Below, piece after piece: positions 36,779 to 53,194 of a stretch of 64,000 nucleotides of DNA; position 1 is the stretch's first letter; the number at the start of each line of letters is the position of its first letter. Made by a program: the position numbers and the translations under genes. The notes beneath the pieces were generated by a model. That model did not search any database. It saw only the letters and a program-made list of their open reading frames with translations, and was not told the origin of the DNA. Source of the DNA: Eledone cirrhosa (lineage: Eukaryota); contig OZ024740.1 in NCBI GenBank assembly GCA_964016885.1, positions 26,288,001-26,352,000 on the forward strand, read 5' to 3'.

Positions 36779-37418
36779 TCACATCGTGAATGGTTGCCAA
36801 AACATATATTTCTATGACCTTGACTAGTTTGTGTATATGTAAATCTTTATATTTGATAATCTCCCATAAGGTTGAGATGCAATTTAGGCAATATTGGGCA
36901 GCGCTTTCTAGCAACCAGTCCATTCGCCGTAAGGCACCAATCACATTCTTTCTGACTTGACCACTGCCACGTCACAGTTCATAGCCATTTTGAATTCGTT
37001 TCTCGCGGGGATCATTTTAGAAAATCTTTGTCCAAGTGAATTTGTTTCCTGATGAGTTCAAAGCCCGAGAATTTATCCTTGATAGGATATTTCCGAAAGC
37101 GAACGAACCCTAAAGGGTAGAAACGTAATCCTGGTGTGTGTATATGCATTGTTTTCTTCTAACTTTAATTTTATACCTAATTGTGTATGGTTGACGGTAT
37201 ATTTAATCGATTTCCACACGCTATTGAAATGTTGGGTATATATTCTATGGCTGTTGATCGCGAATAGATGGCTATCGTTTATTTATCTATTATTTCTTCA
37301 TAAGTGCCTTTAAATCTTATATACTGGTTTAATTGTTTTTTTGTGTGGTTGATTATGCTAATTGGGAGAGGAAATTGTGTATATATATTATCAAATGATT
37401 TTATGGACATACTTTATC
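36779..37418 (+). mobile_element. Family G copy, HHR-like motif at 37044-37124
   Basis: gtttc CTGATGA gttc..gaac GAA ccctaaaggg TA gaaac. Inserted in (TA)n. Confidence 0.8.
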
Positions 37419-37747
37419 GTATATATATATATCGATCTCGGATTTACAGAAATCTAACGCAGATGTTGTATGTTATATGTGATGTATAATGTATGCTATA
37501 CGTTATGTGTTGCATTAGATGTCTACGTGACGATCCAGGTCTGTCAAAAAGTTTTCCTGAGTTCATTTCTTTCGTCGCTATGGCAATGCGGCCCGACTAT
37601 CGGTCGCTGTATTTGATTTGCAAAGCTGTCTAAACGCAATGTTATAACTCTGGGGTAATATTCTGCGTTGAGTGCTTAGCTGCACACTGAATCTGCATTC
37701 GTTAGCTTGGCAGCTGTCAGAAGCTTCGTTTATGCTGTACTAAAATT

Positions 37748-37796
<49 letters not shown>

Positions 37797-37799
<3 letters not shown>

Positions 37800-38205
37800 A
37801 AAATAACAGAACGCTGGTCTGGTGTAATTCCTTAAAAGGTTTATTATACTATGATCATTTCAATGACCGGGTTCAGTATGAATCCGGTGACATCATCAGG
37901 TATTCGAAATATAACAAGGGAATATAATAGACAAAATCCATGGGGATGAAAGTTTGGATCCAAACTGAACCTGAACCGATAAGGTCTGGTTTCTTGGGTA
38001 TGTCACCATTTACAAAACAAATTTTGTATTTTATCTGATGAGGGCGTACCAAAATGTTGATACCCTTGACATATATATATATAAAATTAAATATGGTTTT
38101 ATAAATATAGTTTCCATTTATAATATACTCCAGAATGCTTTTACAGTGCTTCGAATCAGTTATAAATAAATTTGTTGTATAACCAACAAATTAAATATCT
38201 CTTTG

Positions 38206-38210
<5 letters not shown>
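37797..38210. mobile_element. Family B (-) joined to family A (+) HHR elements
   Basis: HHR at 37846-37903 (-): atac CTGATGA..GAAA tgatca TA gtat. HHR-like motif at 38028-38077 (+) with GACA in place of GAAA. Confidence 0.7.
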
Positions 38211-38268
<58 letters not shown>

Positions 38269-38370
38269 CATCTGTGGCTGACGACCGATCCAGACGTATA
38301 TTATTATTGTCTGGGATCCAGAAACCTTTAGTAATTGAGTATTTATAATTTGTGTTGTTCACTTTCTAAT

Positions 38371-38460
<90 letters not shown>

Positions 38461-38538
38461 TATATATATATATATATTCACACGTATATATATATACACA
38501 CATATATATATACACATATATATATATATATACATATA

Positions 38539-38795
38539 TAACGAAGGAATTGTGGTAAGGAACCAGATGGACCATAACGCACCAGAGTACTCAGTACTTA
38601 GGGTAGTAGAGTGGGTAATAGGAATAGGTATGACTCCGACGGTAGAGCTCAAGCCGTTTCGAGGAATATTTCAGTCCAGAAATAGCCGTCGAAACGGCTT
38701 GAGTTCTGCCGTCGAGGTCATACCTTTTCCTATTGCCCACTCTACTACCCTTGAAACGGCTTGAGCTCTGCCGTCGGGGTCATACCTTTTCCTAC
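38539..38795. mobile_element. Fold-back family I with a reiterated inverted arm
   Basis: Arm, inversion at ~38665-38690, and second start of the inverted arm at ~38753. Confidence 0.8.
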
Positions 38796-38796
38796 A

Positions 38797-38895
<99 letters not shown>

Positions 38896-39033
38896 ATACT
38901 TGGGGATGGTCTTATTGCTGAAATAATAACAGAACACACCCACTGTTTGGTTGCGTTTCGCTTCTGCATCTTTTATATCTCCATAGTTAATTCATTTGGC
39001 CATCTATGTTTATCATTGCCTGCCCAACGGTAA

Positions 39034-39067
<34 letters not shown>

Positions 39068-39069
<2 letters not shown>

Positions 39070-39119
39070 GTCTAACAAAGTTCTTTCGTTGCACATCTGC
39101 ATCATCATCAGTGGTACTA
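39068..39119 (-). ncRNA. Possible minimal hammerhead (family M)
   Basis: Minus strand reads tagtacca CTGATGA tga-tgca-gatg-tgca-ac GAAA gaac TT tgttagacta. Helix I is imperfect. Confidence 0.5.
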
Positions 39120-39609
39120 TTATCATGTTTCCCCTGCTGTATTCCAATGTATTGTAGTGTCTACGTCATTTTATTTCATCTTTTTATTTTTTTATTTTTG
39201 TCTCCGTCTCTGCGCATGCGTTTGAGTGTGTGTATAATGTTTGGTGTGTGTGTGTTCGCGTTTGGGTGTATGTATTTGTTTTTTGTATTCTATCTTTGTT
39301 TATTAGTGTGTGTTTATGTGTTTGTTGATATTGTACTTGTGTATATATTTATTTATTTATTTATTTAACATTAATCGGCCGGGGTGAATCCATACGTACA
39401 TATATATATGTGTGCATGTATGTATATATGTATACATACTACTGTACGTCTATATATGTACGTATATATATGTACGTATACATACTTATATTTATATATA
39501 TATATATATATATATGAATTAAAAGAGAGATAGAGTGAGAGAGAGCAAAAAGGACACGGAGAATGAAAGAGAGAGGTGGTGCTGTTGTGAATATATATAT
39601 ATATATATA

Positions 39610-40062
39610 CTTAGATACATGCGGACACACACATATACATGAATGCATCCGCACCCAACCGTGAGTTAAGGGTGCCAACTTCACCGATGTTGCTCAATGA
39701 ATGACTGGGACAGACCAATCCGGTTGAACTAGACTGAACCAGTATCAGAGTTCCCCCTCCGCCTCCGTGGTATTTTCTTCGGGGTTATAAGAGGCTTAGC
39801 TCTGTTTCTCGACCGTTATATCGCGTGACTATCTCCCCCTCCGCCTTTTTGGATTCTTTCTCACGTCGTGTAGACGCGTTCTTGAGACTAGTAAAATGAG
39901 GTATCCTCTTGATAAGTCGGCAGACCTCGCAAGGACTCTATATCTTTATGATGTATTGTTTTTGTTTATGCCACGAAACTACGTAGTCGAGGAATCTAGG
40001 AGCAGTTTAGGTATGATACATTTTATTACTAATTATATCTAAATGTTTCTTCTCTCTTCATA

Positions 40063-40066
<4 letters not shown>
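39610..40066 (+). mobile_element. 590-bp family insertion with 5' inversion; HHR at 39904-39993
   Basis: 39610-39752 has the array orientation and 39753-40066 the opposite. tcctc TTGATAA..GAAA ctacgtag TC gagga. Same terminus ttcataatgta+(TA)n as the two arrays. Confidence 0.85.
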
Positions 40067-40113
<47 letters not shown>

Positions 40114-41658
40114 ACAGCACCACCTCTCTCTTCCATTCTCCGTGTCATTTTTGCTCTCTCTCACTCTATCTCTCTTTTAATTTACTTTCTCACAACCACT
40201 ATCACTTTTTCTCTATCTTTCTCTCTCTTTATTTATGAAGGTTCCCAGAAAACCGCCATATCTCGATAAGCCGTACTTCGATTTACGCGAAATTTATTTT
40301 ATTCCATTTGTATTCCCATTTCAGACTCAACGTTCTTTCAAAGCACTTTCCCATTTTCTGCCCTTTTCGCTGTATTACTTTACAGCTACAGCAAGCAAGC
40401 AATCACAGAGATTTAGTATTATATATTATATCCTCAGTACCTTAATGATTAATGAACCCAGAATAAGTTCTGAGCCGATGAGATTCCAGGTTGAAGAGAG
40501 TTTATGTTTTTACTACAGTTTGGATATATGAGATGAAGTGACGCATGCGGCGAATGTATTTAAAGGTGCCTGTTTGGATACTGATCAAGTTTCGATCTAG
40601 GTATTTGATAACTGAAATTTATGGTTGATTTTAATCCTTCAGAGGAACAGACTTGTTGAGGTTTGGGTCAGGAGCTATTACAGTGGAAGGAGAATCATGT
40701 ATTTTGACAGAAACGAGACTAAATGAAAATATAGGATTAAGAAATTCAAACTTCAGGTTGGTGTATACCAGATGCGAGAGCGTGAATCTGTCATAGCACA
40801 TCTAGGTGAGGCGTTAAATTCCACAGTCGCGGGCAAATTTGTAGACATCTTTTAGAATACAATGTTGGAGCTGTGGTTGGTATCATTACTTTTATTGATG
40901 ATGGTGGTGGCGGCGGTATTATTTGTAGTTACTGTGGTTGTGATGCTGTTAATTTTATTGTTTGATAATGGTAGTGGTTGTGGTGTTTTGGATCATGTTG
41001 TTGGCCTTTGTAATGGTGGTGACTTTGATGGTTAAAAGAGATGTGGAGCAAACTTGGAAAGGAAACAAATCTGATGAGTCAAGGGAAATGAATGAATGGC
41101 GGAAGGAAGGAAGAAGGAGGAATGAGAAGAACAGGGAATTAAAAGCAAAAAAAAAAGAAAGAAATGGAGGTGGAGAATGAAATGAAAGCGGAAGAAATGA
41201 AGAATTTGTAAAACAGTAGCAAAAGAAGTACAAGAGAAAGAAAACAAAGAATAAATTAGAAGAACAAGGTAAGGATGAGGCATAATAGGGAATGAAAAGA
41301 ATAAACGAATAAAGAAAAGAGAGGCGGAGAAATGGAAGATAGATGGCAGGGAAGATGGGAAGGGAATTGAGTCATAAATAATCAAGGATAAGAGATGGAA
41401 TGTTTCAAAGACATGTCTCAAATGGATAAAGGAATCAAAGACAAGAAGTGTTTAACTGAAAGAAATAGTATGATAACGGAAAGCTGGATGGAAGAAGGAA
41501 GGAAAGAATAAGGCAAAAAAAAAACAAACAAGAAAGACGTGTTCAATTGGGGAAAATATATGAAAAGTGGAGGAAAATGAAAAAAGGAAACAACATAATT
41601 TTTCCGTGATCTACTTATATTTTACAGAACGGTATATAGGACAGAATGTATCACTGAC

Positions 41659-44600
41659 GGTCAAATGTATATGGTCTAATGTATATGGTCAAATGTATAT
41701 GGTCTAATGTATATGGTCAAATGTATATGGTCTAATGTATATGGTGAAATGTATATGGTCAAATGTATGTGGTCTAATGTATAAGGTCAAATGTATATGG
41801 TCAAATGTATATGGTCTAATGTATATGGTCAAATATATATGGTCAAATGTATATGGTCAAATGTACATGGTCAAATGTATATGGTCATATGTATATAGTC
41901 AAATGTATACGGTCAAATGTATATGGTCAAAAATGCATGGTCATATGTATATAGTCAAACATATATGGTCAAATATATATGGTCAAATGTGTATGGTCAA
42001 GTGTATATGGGAAAATGTATATGGTGAAATGTATATGGTGAAATGTATATGGTCTAATGTATATGGTCTAATGTATATGGTGAAATGTATATGGTCAAAT
42101 GTATATGGTCTAATGTATATGGTCAACTGTATATGTCCTAATATATATGGTATAATGTATATGGTCAAATATATATGGTCTAATGTATATGGTCAAATAT
42201 ATATGGGCTAATGTATATGGTCAAATGTATATGGTCAAATGTATATGGTCTTATGTATATAGTCAACTGTATATGGTCAACTGTATAAGGTGAAATGTAT
42301 ATTGTCGAATATATACGGGTCAAATGTATATGGTCAAATGTATATGGTCAAATGTATATGGTCTAATGTACTTGGTCAAATGTATAAGGTTAAATCTATA
42401 GGGTCAAATGTTTATGGTCAAATGTATATGGTCTAACGTAAGTGGTCAAATGCATATGTTCAACTGTATATGGTCAAATATATAAGGACAAATGTATATG
42501 AGCGAATATATATGGTCAAATGTATATGGTCTAATGTATATGGTCTAATATATATAATCTAATGTATATGGTCAAATGTGTATGGTCTAATGTATATGGT
42601 CTAATGTATATTGTCTAATATATATGGTCTAATGAATATGGTCTAATGTATATGGTCTAATGTATATTGTCTAATATATATGGTCTAATGAATATGGTCT
42701 AATGTATATGGTCTAATGTCTATGGTCAAATGTATATGGCAAATGTATATGGTCTAAAGTATATGGTCAAAAGTATATGGTCAAATGTATATGGTCAACT
42801 GTATATGGTTAAATATATATGGTCTAATGTATATTGTCTAATATATATAGTCAAATGTATATGGTCTAATGTATATGGTCTAATATATATGGTCTAATGT
42901 ATATGGTCTAACTTATATGGTCAAATGTATATGGTCTAATGTATATGGTCTAATGTATATGGTGTAACATATGGTCAAATGTATATAGTCTAATATATAT
43001 ATGGTCAAATGTATATGGTCAAATATATATGGTCTAATGTATATGGTCAAATATATATGGTTAAATGTATATAGTCAAATGTATATGGTCAAATGTATAT
43101 GGTCTAATGTATATGGTCTAATGTATATTGTCCAATGTACATGGTCAAATGTATATGGTCAAATGTAAATGGTCTAATGTATGTAGTCAAATATATATGG
43201 TCTAATCTATATGGTCAAATGTATATAGTCTAATATATATGGTCAAATGTATATGGTCAAATATATATGGTCAAATGTATATGGTCTAACGTATATGGTC
43301 TAACGTATATAGTCAAATGCATATGATCAAATGTATATGGTCTAACATATATGGTCTAATGTATATGGTCTAATATATATGGTCTAATGTATATGGTCAA
43401 ATATATATGGTCAAATGTATATGGTCAAACATATATGGTCAAATGTATATGGTCTAATGTATATGGTCTAACGTATATGGTCAAATATATATGGTCCAAT
43501 ATATATGGTCTAATGTATATGGTCTAACGTATATGGTCTAATGTATATGGTCAAATGTATATGGTCTAATATATATGGTCTAATGTATATGGTCTAACGT
43601 ATATAGTCTAATGTATATGGTCTAATATATATGGTCTAATGTATATGGTCTAAGGTATATGGTCAAATATATATGGTCAAATGTATATGGTCTAACGTAT
43701 ATGGTCAAATATATATGGTCTAATATATATGGTCAAATGTATATAATCTAATATATATGGTGTAATGTATATGGTCTAATGTATATGGTCTAACGTATAT
43801 GGTCTAATGTATATGGTCAAATATATATGGTCTAATGTATATGGTCTAATGTATATGGTCTAACGCATATCGTCAAATGTGTATGGTGAAATATATATGG
43901 TCAAATATATATTGTCTAATGTATATGGTAAAGTGTATATGGTCTAATGTATATGGTCAACTGTATATTGTCAAATATATATATGGTCTAATGTATATGG
44001 TCTAATGTATATGGTCAAATGTATATGGTCTAACGTATATGGTCAAATGTATATGGTCTAATATATATGGTCTAAAGTATATGGTCAAACATAGACCATA
44101 TACCTTAGACCATATACATTAGACCATATATCTTTGACCATATACATTTGACCATATACATTTAACCATATATATTTGACCTTATGCATTAAACTATATA
44201 CATTAGATCATATACATTTGACTATATACGTTAGACCATATATATTTTACCATATATTTTAGACCATATATATTAGACCATATATATTAGACCATACACA
44301 TTAGGCCATATACATTTCACTATATACGTTAGACTATATACATTAGGACCATATCTTTTGACCATGTATATGGTCAAATGTATATGATCTAATGTATATG
44401 GTCAAATGTATATGGTCAAAAGTATATGGTCTAACGTATATGGGCTAATGTATATGGTCAAATGTATATGGTCAAATGTATATGGTCTAACGTATATGGT
44501 CTAATGTATATGGTCTAATGTATATGGTCAAATATATATGGTCAAATGTATATGGTCAAATATATATGGTCAAATGTATATGGTCTAATGTATATGGTCA

Positions 44601-47600
44601 ACTGTATATTGTCAAAAATATATGGTCACATGTATATGGTCTAATGTATATGGTCAAATGTATATGTTCTAACGTATATGGTCAAATGTATATGCTCTAA
44701 TATATATGGTCTAAAGTATATGGTCAAATATAGACCATATACCTTAGACTATATACATTAGACCATATACATTTGACCATATATCTTTGACCATATATAT
44801 TTGACCATATACAATTGACCATATATATTTGACCTTATATATTAGACCATATACATTAGACCATATACATTTGACTATATACGTTAGACCATATATATTT
44901 GACCATATATTTTAGACCATATATATTAGACCATATATATTAGACCATACACATTATGCCATATACATTTGACTATATACGTTAGACTATATACATTTGA
45001 CCATATCTTTTGACCATGTATATTGTCTAATATATATAGTCTAACTTATATGGTCAAATGTATATGATCAAAAGTATATGGTGTAACGTATATGGTCTAA
45101 TGTATATGGTCAAATGTATCTGGTCAAATGTATATGGTCTAACGTATATGGTCTAATGTATATGGTCAAATGTTGACCATATACATTTGACCATATACAT
45201 TTAACGATATATATTTGACCATATAAATTTGACAATATATGTTAGACCATATACACTAGACCATATACGTTAGACCATATATATTTGACCATATACATTT
45301 GACCATAAACATTTGACCGTATAAATTCGACCATATACACTAGACCATATACGTTAGACCATATATATTTGACCATATTCATTTGACCATATATATTTGA
45401 CCATATACATTAGACCATATACATTAGACCATATACATTAGACCATATACATTTGACCATATATGTTTGTCCATAAACGTTAGACTATATACATTGGAAT
45501 ATATCTTTTGACCATGTATATTGTCTAATATATATAGTCTAACTTATATGGTCAAATATATATGGTCAAATGTATATGGTCTAATGTATATGGTCAAATG
45601 TATATGGTCAAAAGTATATGGTCTAACGTATATGGTTTAATATATATGGTCAAATGTATATGGCCAAATGTATATGGTCTAACGTATATGTTCTAATATA
45701 TATGGTCAAATGTAGACCATATACATTTGACCATATACATTAACGATATATATTTGACCATATAAATTTGACAATATATGTTCGACCATATACACTAGAC
45801 CATATACGTTAGACCATATATATTTGACCATATATTTTAGACCATATATATTAGACCATATATATTAGACCATACACATTAGGCCATATACATTTCATTA
45901 TATACGTTAGACTATATACATTTGACCATATCTTTTGACCATGTATATGGTCTAATGTATATAGTCTAATTCATATGGTCAAATATATATGGTCAAATGT
46001 ATATGGTCTAATGCATATGGTCAAATGTATATGGTCAAAAGTATATGGTCTAACGTATATGGTCTAATGTATATGGTCAAATGTATATTGTCTAATGTAT
46101 ATGGTCAAATATATATGGTCAAATGTATATGGTAAAATATATATGGTCAAATGTATATGGTCTAATGTATATGGTCTAACGTATATGGTCAACAATATAT
46201 GGTCCAATATATATGGTCTAATGTATATGGTCTAACGTATATTGTCTAACGTATATAGTCTAATGTATATGGTCTAATATATATGGTCTAATGTATATGG
46301 TCTAATGTATATGGTCTAACGTATATGGTCAAATATATATGGTAAAGTGTATATGGTCTAATGCATATGGTCAATTGTATATTGTCAAAAATATATGGTC
46401 AAATGTATATGGTCTAATGTATATGGTCAAATGTATATAGTCTAATATATATGGTCTAATGTATATGGTCTAATGTATATGGTCAAATATATATGGTCTA
46501 ATGTATATGGTCTAACGTATATTGTCTAACGCATATCGTCAAATGTGTATGCTGAAATATATATGGTCAAATGTATATGGTAAAGTGTATATGGTCTAAT
46601 GTATATGGTCAACTGTATATTGTCAAAAATATATGGTCAAATGTATAAGGTCTAATGTATATGGTCAAATGTATATGTTCTAACGTATATGGTCAAATGG
46701 ATATGATCTAATATATATGGTCTAAAGTATATGGTCAAATATAGACCATATACCTTAGACTATATACATTAGACCATATACATTTGAAAATATATCTTTG
46801 ACCATATACATTTGACCATATACATTTGACCATATATATTTGACCTTATACATTAGACCATATACATTAGACATTATACATTTGACTATCTACGTTAGAC
46901 CATATATATTTGACCATATATTTTAGACAATATATATTAGACCATATATATTAGACCATGCACATTATGCCATATACATTTGACTATATACGTTAGACTA
47001 TATACATTTGACCATATCTTTTGACCATGTATATTGTCTAATATATATATAATCTAACGTATATGGTCAAATATATATGGTAAAGTGTATATGGTCTAAT
47101 GTATATGGTCAAATGTATATGGTCAAAAGTATATGGTTTAACGGATATGGTCTAATGTATATGGTCAAATGTATATGGTCAAATGTATATGGTCTAACGT
47201 ATATGGTCTAATGTATATGGTCAAATGTAGACCATATACATTTGATCATATACATTTAACGATATATATTTGACCATATACATTTGAAAATATATGTTAG
47301 ACCATATACACTAGACCATATACGTTAGACCATATATATTTGACCATATACATTAGACCATATACATTAGACCATATACATTTGACCATATATGTTTGAC
47401 CATAAACGTTAGACTATATACATTGGAACATATACATGGTCAAAAGCTATGGTTAAATGTATATAGTCTAACCTATATATTCAAATGTATATGGTATAAT
47501 ATATATGGTCTAATGTGTATGGTCTAATGTATATGGTCTAATATATATGGTCTAATGTATATGGTCAAATGTATATGGTCTAATGTATATGGTCTAAAGT

Positions 47601-48258
47601 ATATGGTCAAATATATATGGACTAACGTATATGGTCAAATGTATATGGTCAAATGTATATGGTCAACTGTATATCATCAAATGTATATGGTCTAACGTAT
47701 ATGGTCAAATGTATATGGTTAAATATATATGGTCAAATGTATATGGTCAACTGTATATCGTCAAATGTATATGGTCTAATGTATATGGTCAAATATATAT
47801 ATGGTCAAATGTATATGGTCTAATGTATATGGTCTAATGTATATCGTCTAATGTATATGGTGAAATGTATATGGTCAAATGCATATGGTCTAATGTATAT
47901 GGTCAAATATATATGGTCAAATGTATATGGTTTAATGTATATGGTCAAATATAGATGGCCAAATGTATATGGTCTAATATATATATGGTCTAATGTATAT
48001 GGTCAAATGTATATGGTCTAATATATATGGTCTAATGTATATGGTCTAATGTATATAGTCAAATGTATAAGTCTAATGTATATGGTCTAATGTATATGGT
48101 CTAATGTATATGGTCAAATGTATATGGTTTAATGTATATGGTCAAATACAGATGGTCAAATGTATATGGTCTAATGTTTATGGTCAAATGTATATGGTTT
48201 AATGTTTAAGGTCAAATACAGATGGTCAAATGTATATGGTCTAATGTATATGGTCAAA
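41659..48258. repeat. 14-bp satellite (ggtcWaatgtatat) with six internal inverted tracts
   Basis: Reverse-complement tracts at approximately 44093-44365, 44732-45017, 45174-45515, 45714-45942, 46743-47029 and 47229-47436. Confidence 0.95.
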
Positions 48259-50009
48259 ATATCATGTGGTCCGCTCCTATGTTTTATAGCTTAGTTATGC
48301 AAAACGACAGTGCCCATGACTAATTACAGTGGCCTCAAATAATAATGGGTGGGCGGATGGGTTTCTTTAAACCAATGAACTCGTATGAGTGCTTGTAAAA
48401 GAGTGGACTCTGTTAATGCGTCCAGAAGATCTGTAATAGTCTAAACGGGACGACCGATTATGTCTAAGACAAATTTAGCTCTTTTGAAAATTATGCATTC
48501 TTGTAGTTCTGAGATACAATGAAAATAGTGTTAAAATATGTAGTATGTAAAGATCTGGCCACCAAAACCCAAGCATATGGGGAACCTATTTTCTGCATCT
48601 GAATAGTATAGAACAAATACTATTCTGAAGAATTGCAAACTCGCTGGGAGTGTAGAATATTACTATGTGATCCAGTTGGCTGGTACTTAAGCTCTATATA
48701 TATCCTAGTATTGAATATCACCACACGCCCTGCTGTAGCTCTTGGAGTACGTTCAGCTAGGTCAAATAATAATCTCTCAGCTCACAATGTGGGATCCTTT
48801 CACTGGCACCATAGCTTTCAGGAACAACCATTATGTAGAAGTAGCCATCTCTGTAAATAGAGAGCCTGACAATTGAATGGTATCGGGTTTGTTTTTTTTA
48901 ACAGCAAATTTACGAGGAAGTAAACAAACCTTGTCATGATGGAGCTTCAAGATTTGCGAGGCTCAATGATCCGGTCCCTTGCAACCAAATGCATCGCGAA
49001 AACGTCCGGAGATGTTACTGGTAGTTCCCCTTTTTACCTTTATGCTCTTCTGATACATAGTACCTCGTTAATCGAAGAAAATGATCACCATTATCACGAT
49101 TTTGTTCTGTACGTGGCCTGATTTGGGGGCCTTCGCAAAGTTAGAAGCTGCCTATGAGATAGCTGCTTTGGTGTTCGATTAGAAGAATTATATAAAATGA
49201 TAATTAGGATGGTGAGTAGAATGAAGGGTTAAGAAAGTAAATATATATACACATAAAACAACAAACAAGCCACATTCAACAGAGATCATTATGAAAATAC
49301 TAGCAGAAAAATCACCCGTCCGTTGGTTTTTCTGCTAGCACGTATAGTGTGTATATTGATATTATACGTAAGTATATATGAATGTAGATATGATACATCA
49401 AATAAAATCGTAATTGACAATATACACAGAAATTGAACGAAGACTGTGTTACACTGTCTTATGTAATCAGTAACGTAATCCATGATACATTAAAAAAAGA
49501 CGATATTATATATAAACTGCATTAGGAGAAAATTAGTGACGGAAATATATGAATGTTTATTTAAGCGATCGCTAACCGGAAGTGTTGAAATTTGAAAGTT
49601 TTATAGAAGTAGATCTTGAAATAAGCAATAAAATATATTTAAACAACAGCTATGAAATTTAGTAGATATTCATTCATCATTTATTCAAAGTAATCCAACT
49701 TATTTTACTAACTGGAATTAAAAGAAATAAGCCGTACACAATCCCGCACTCCTTACTTTATTATAGTTTAAATGATAATTAGGATGAGGAGTAGAATGAG
49801 GGCTTAAGAAAGTATATATACATACATAAAAGAAGAAACAAGCCAACATGCAACAGAGATCATTATCACAATATTACAAGAAAGTAAAATAGTAAAGAAA
49901 GATGGAAATAATAGGAATACTGTCAACAGAAACATGTTATCAGTTCTTGTAATACTTTCATTTTCTATTGTAACTGTAGACAATATCGTGTACAGTTAAG
50001 ACAGCAGCA

Positions 50010-51590
<1,581 letters not shown>

Positions 51591-51649
51591 GATAATATCA
51601 TCATTATAAATAGTGGTGGTGGCGGTGGTGGTGGTGAAGGTATAGTTTG

Positions 51650-51960
51650 AGATAAAGAGGAGAGGGTGAGGTAAATAGAGAGAGAAGGTGCGGTAAAGAG
51701 AGATAGTGAGGTAAAGAGAGGTAGAGGGTGAAGTAAAGAGGGGATGAGGGGGAGATAAAGATATGGAGAGGGGGAGGTAAAGAGAGGGAGAGGATGAGCT
51801 AAAGAGGAGAGGTTGAGATAAAGAGAAGGAGGAGGTAAGGTAAAGAGGAGAGGGTGAGGTAAAGAGGAGAGGGTGAGGTAAAGAGAAGAGGCTGAGGTAA
51901 AGCGGAGGTGGCTGAGGTAAAGAAGAGGAGAGGGTGACGTAAAGTGAGGGAGAGTGTGAG
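51650..51960. repeat. Purine-rich degenerate minisatellite
   Basis: gaggtaaagaggagagggt-like units. Confidence 0.75.
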
Positions 51961-52261
51961 TTAAAGGGAGGGGGAGCTGAAGTAAACGGAATATCTAGGA
52001 TGGAAATTATAATATAATGTGCATTGTGGGTAATATATAGATATATCATCATCATCATCAATAACAGATGTATATTTTCAAACTCTCCTCCCTCCTCCTC
52101 AATATACTACCCCCTACCATTTTTTCGTTATTTTCCCCCTCCTCCTCTTCATCATCGCGTCAATGTTTCTACTATCATCATCACTATCATCATCACCATC
52201 ATTATCGACATCATCACTATCAGCAATATCATTACCACTAAAACAATCACATTATTTGCTT

Positions 52262-52569
52262 ATTGGCAGTATCGATAGAGAGTCGGACACCATGTTTTGA
52301 AGCATAGAGTTACGTCCATTTATGATCTGAGTTCAAATCCCACCGAGGTTAACTTTGCCTTTCATCCTTACGGGGTCGATAAAATAAAGTACCAGTAATG
52401 TATGGGAAATTGCTGGCCTTGTGCCTAAAATAGAAACAATTATATTAGCGCGGTGGATTGACAGTATCGGTAGAGGGTCGGACGCCATGCTTTGACGCAT
52501 AGAGTTACAGCCCTTGCCATTCTGAGTTCAAATCCCGCCGAGGTTAACTTTGCCTTTCATCCTTACGGG
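52262..52569 (+). mobile_element. Two tandem SINE S1 copies
   Basis: 52262-52441 complete; 52449-52569 truncated in the core. Confidence 0.85.
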
Positions 52570-52795
52570 TCAGATTACATTTATTGTATTCAGTCATGTA
52601 GAGCGAAAATGTTCTCTTTTGGCAAAGCCGGCCATTAATCGCTCGTATACAGGAAACTGACTGGCCAGTCTGCCCATATGCAAATCTAACTGATCAGTGG
52701 ATCTGCTAATATGCAAATCAGGCCGATCAGTCAGTGTGTATTTTTGAAAATAGCATATATTTTCACTAGTTCTTACAGTTTGGCAGGTTTACAGT

Positions 52796-52845
52796 GAGCT
52801 GTACTGATGAAGGGTGATACCCAGAAACATTAGTGTCTGCAGTTC
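52796..52845 (+). ncRNA. Type I hammerhead ribozyme (family F)
   Basis: gagctgta CTGATGA a-gggt-gat-accc-a GAAA cattagtg TC tgcagttc. Helix I is 8 bp, GUC site. Confidence 0.88.
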
Positions 52846-52998
52846 CGTTCGCATGCCAACACAAGAGCAAGAATGAAGAGTTCATTCTACAAACATGGCT
52901 ATAAAATTGAGGCTTGTTTGCATAATTGCAAACGAATCAAATGTTATTATTAATATTCGAAAAACTCAGATTATATATATATATATATACATATACAA

Positions 52999-53194
52999 AT
53001 AGGAAAAAGTATGACCCAGACAGCAGAGCTCAAGCCGTTTCGGCGGCTATTTCTGGAAGAAATACCCGTCGGAAGGGCTTGAGCTCTGCCGTCGGGATCA
53101 TACGTTTTCCTATTATCCACTCTACTACCCTAAGTACTTGAGTACTCTGGTGCGTTAAGGTCCATCTGGTTCTTTACTACAACTCCTTCGTTAC
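52999..53194. mobile_element. Fold-back family I
   Basis: Partial arm, inversion at ~53045-53070, full opposite arm ending ccttcgtta. Confidence 0.8.
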
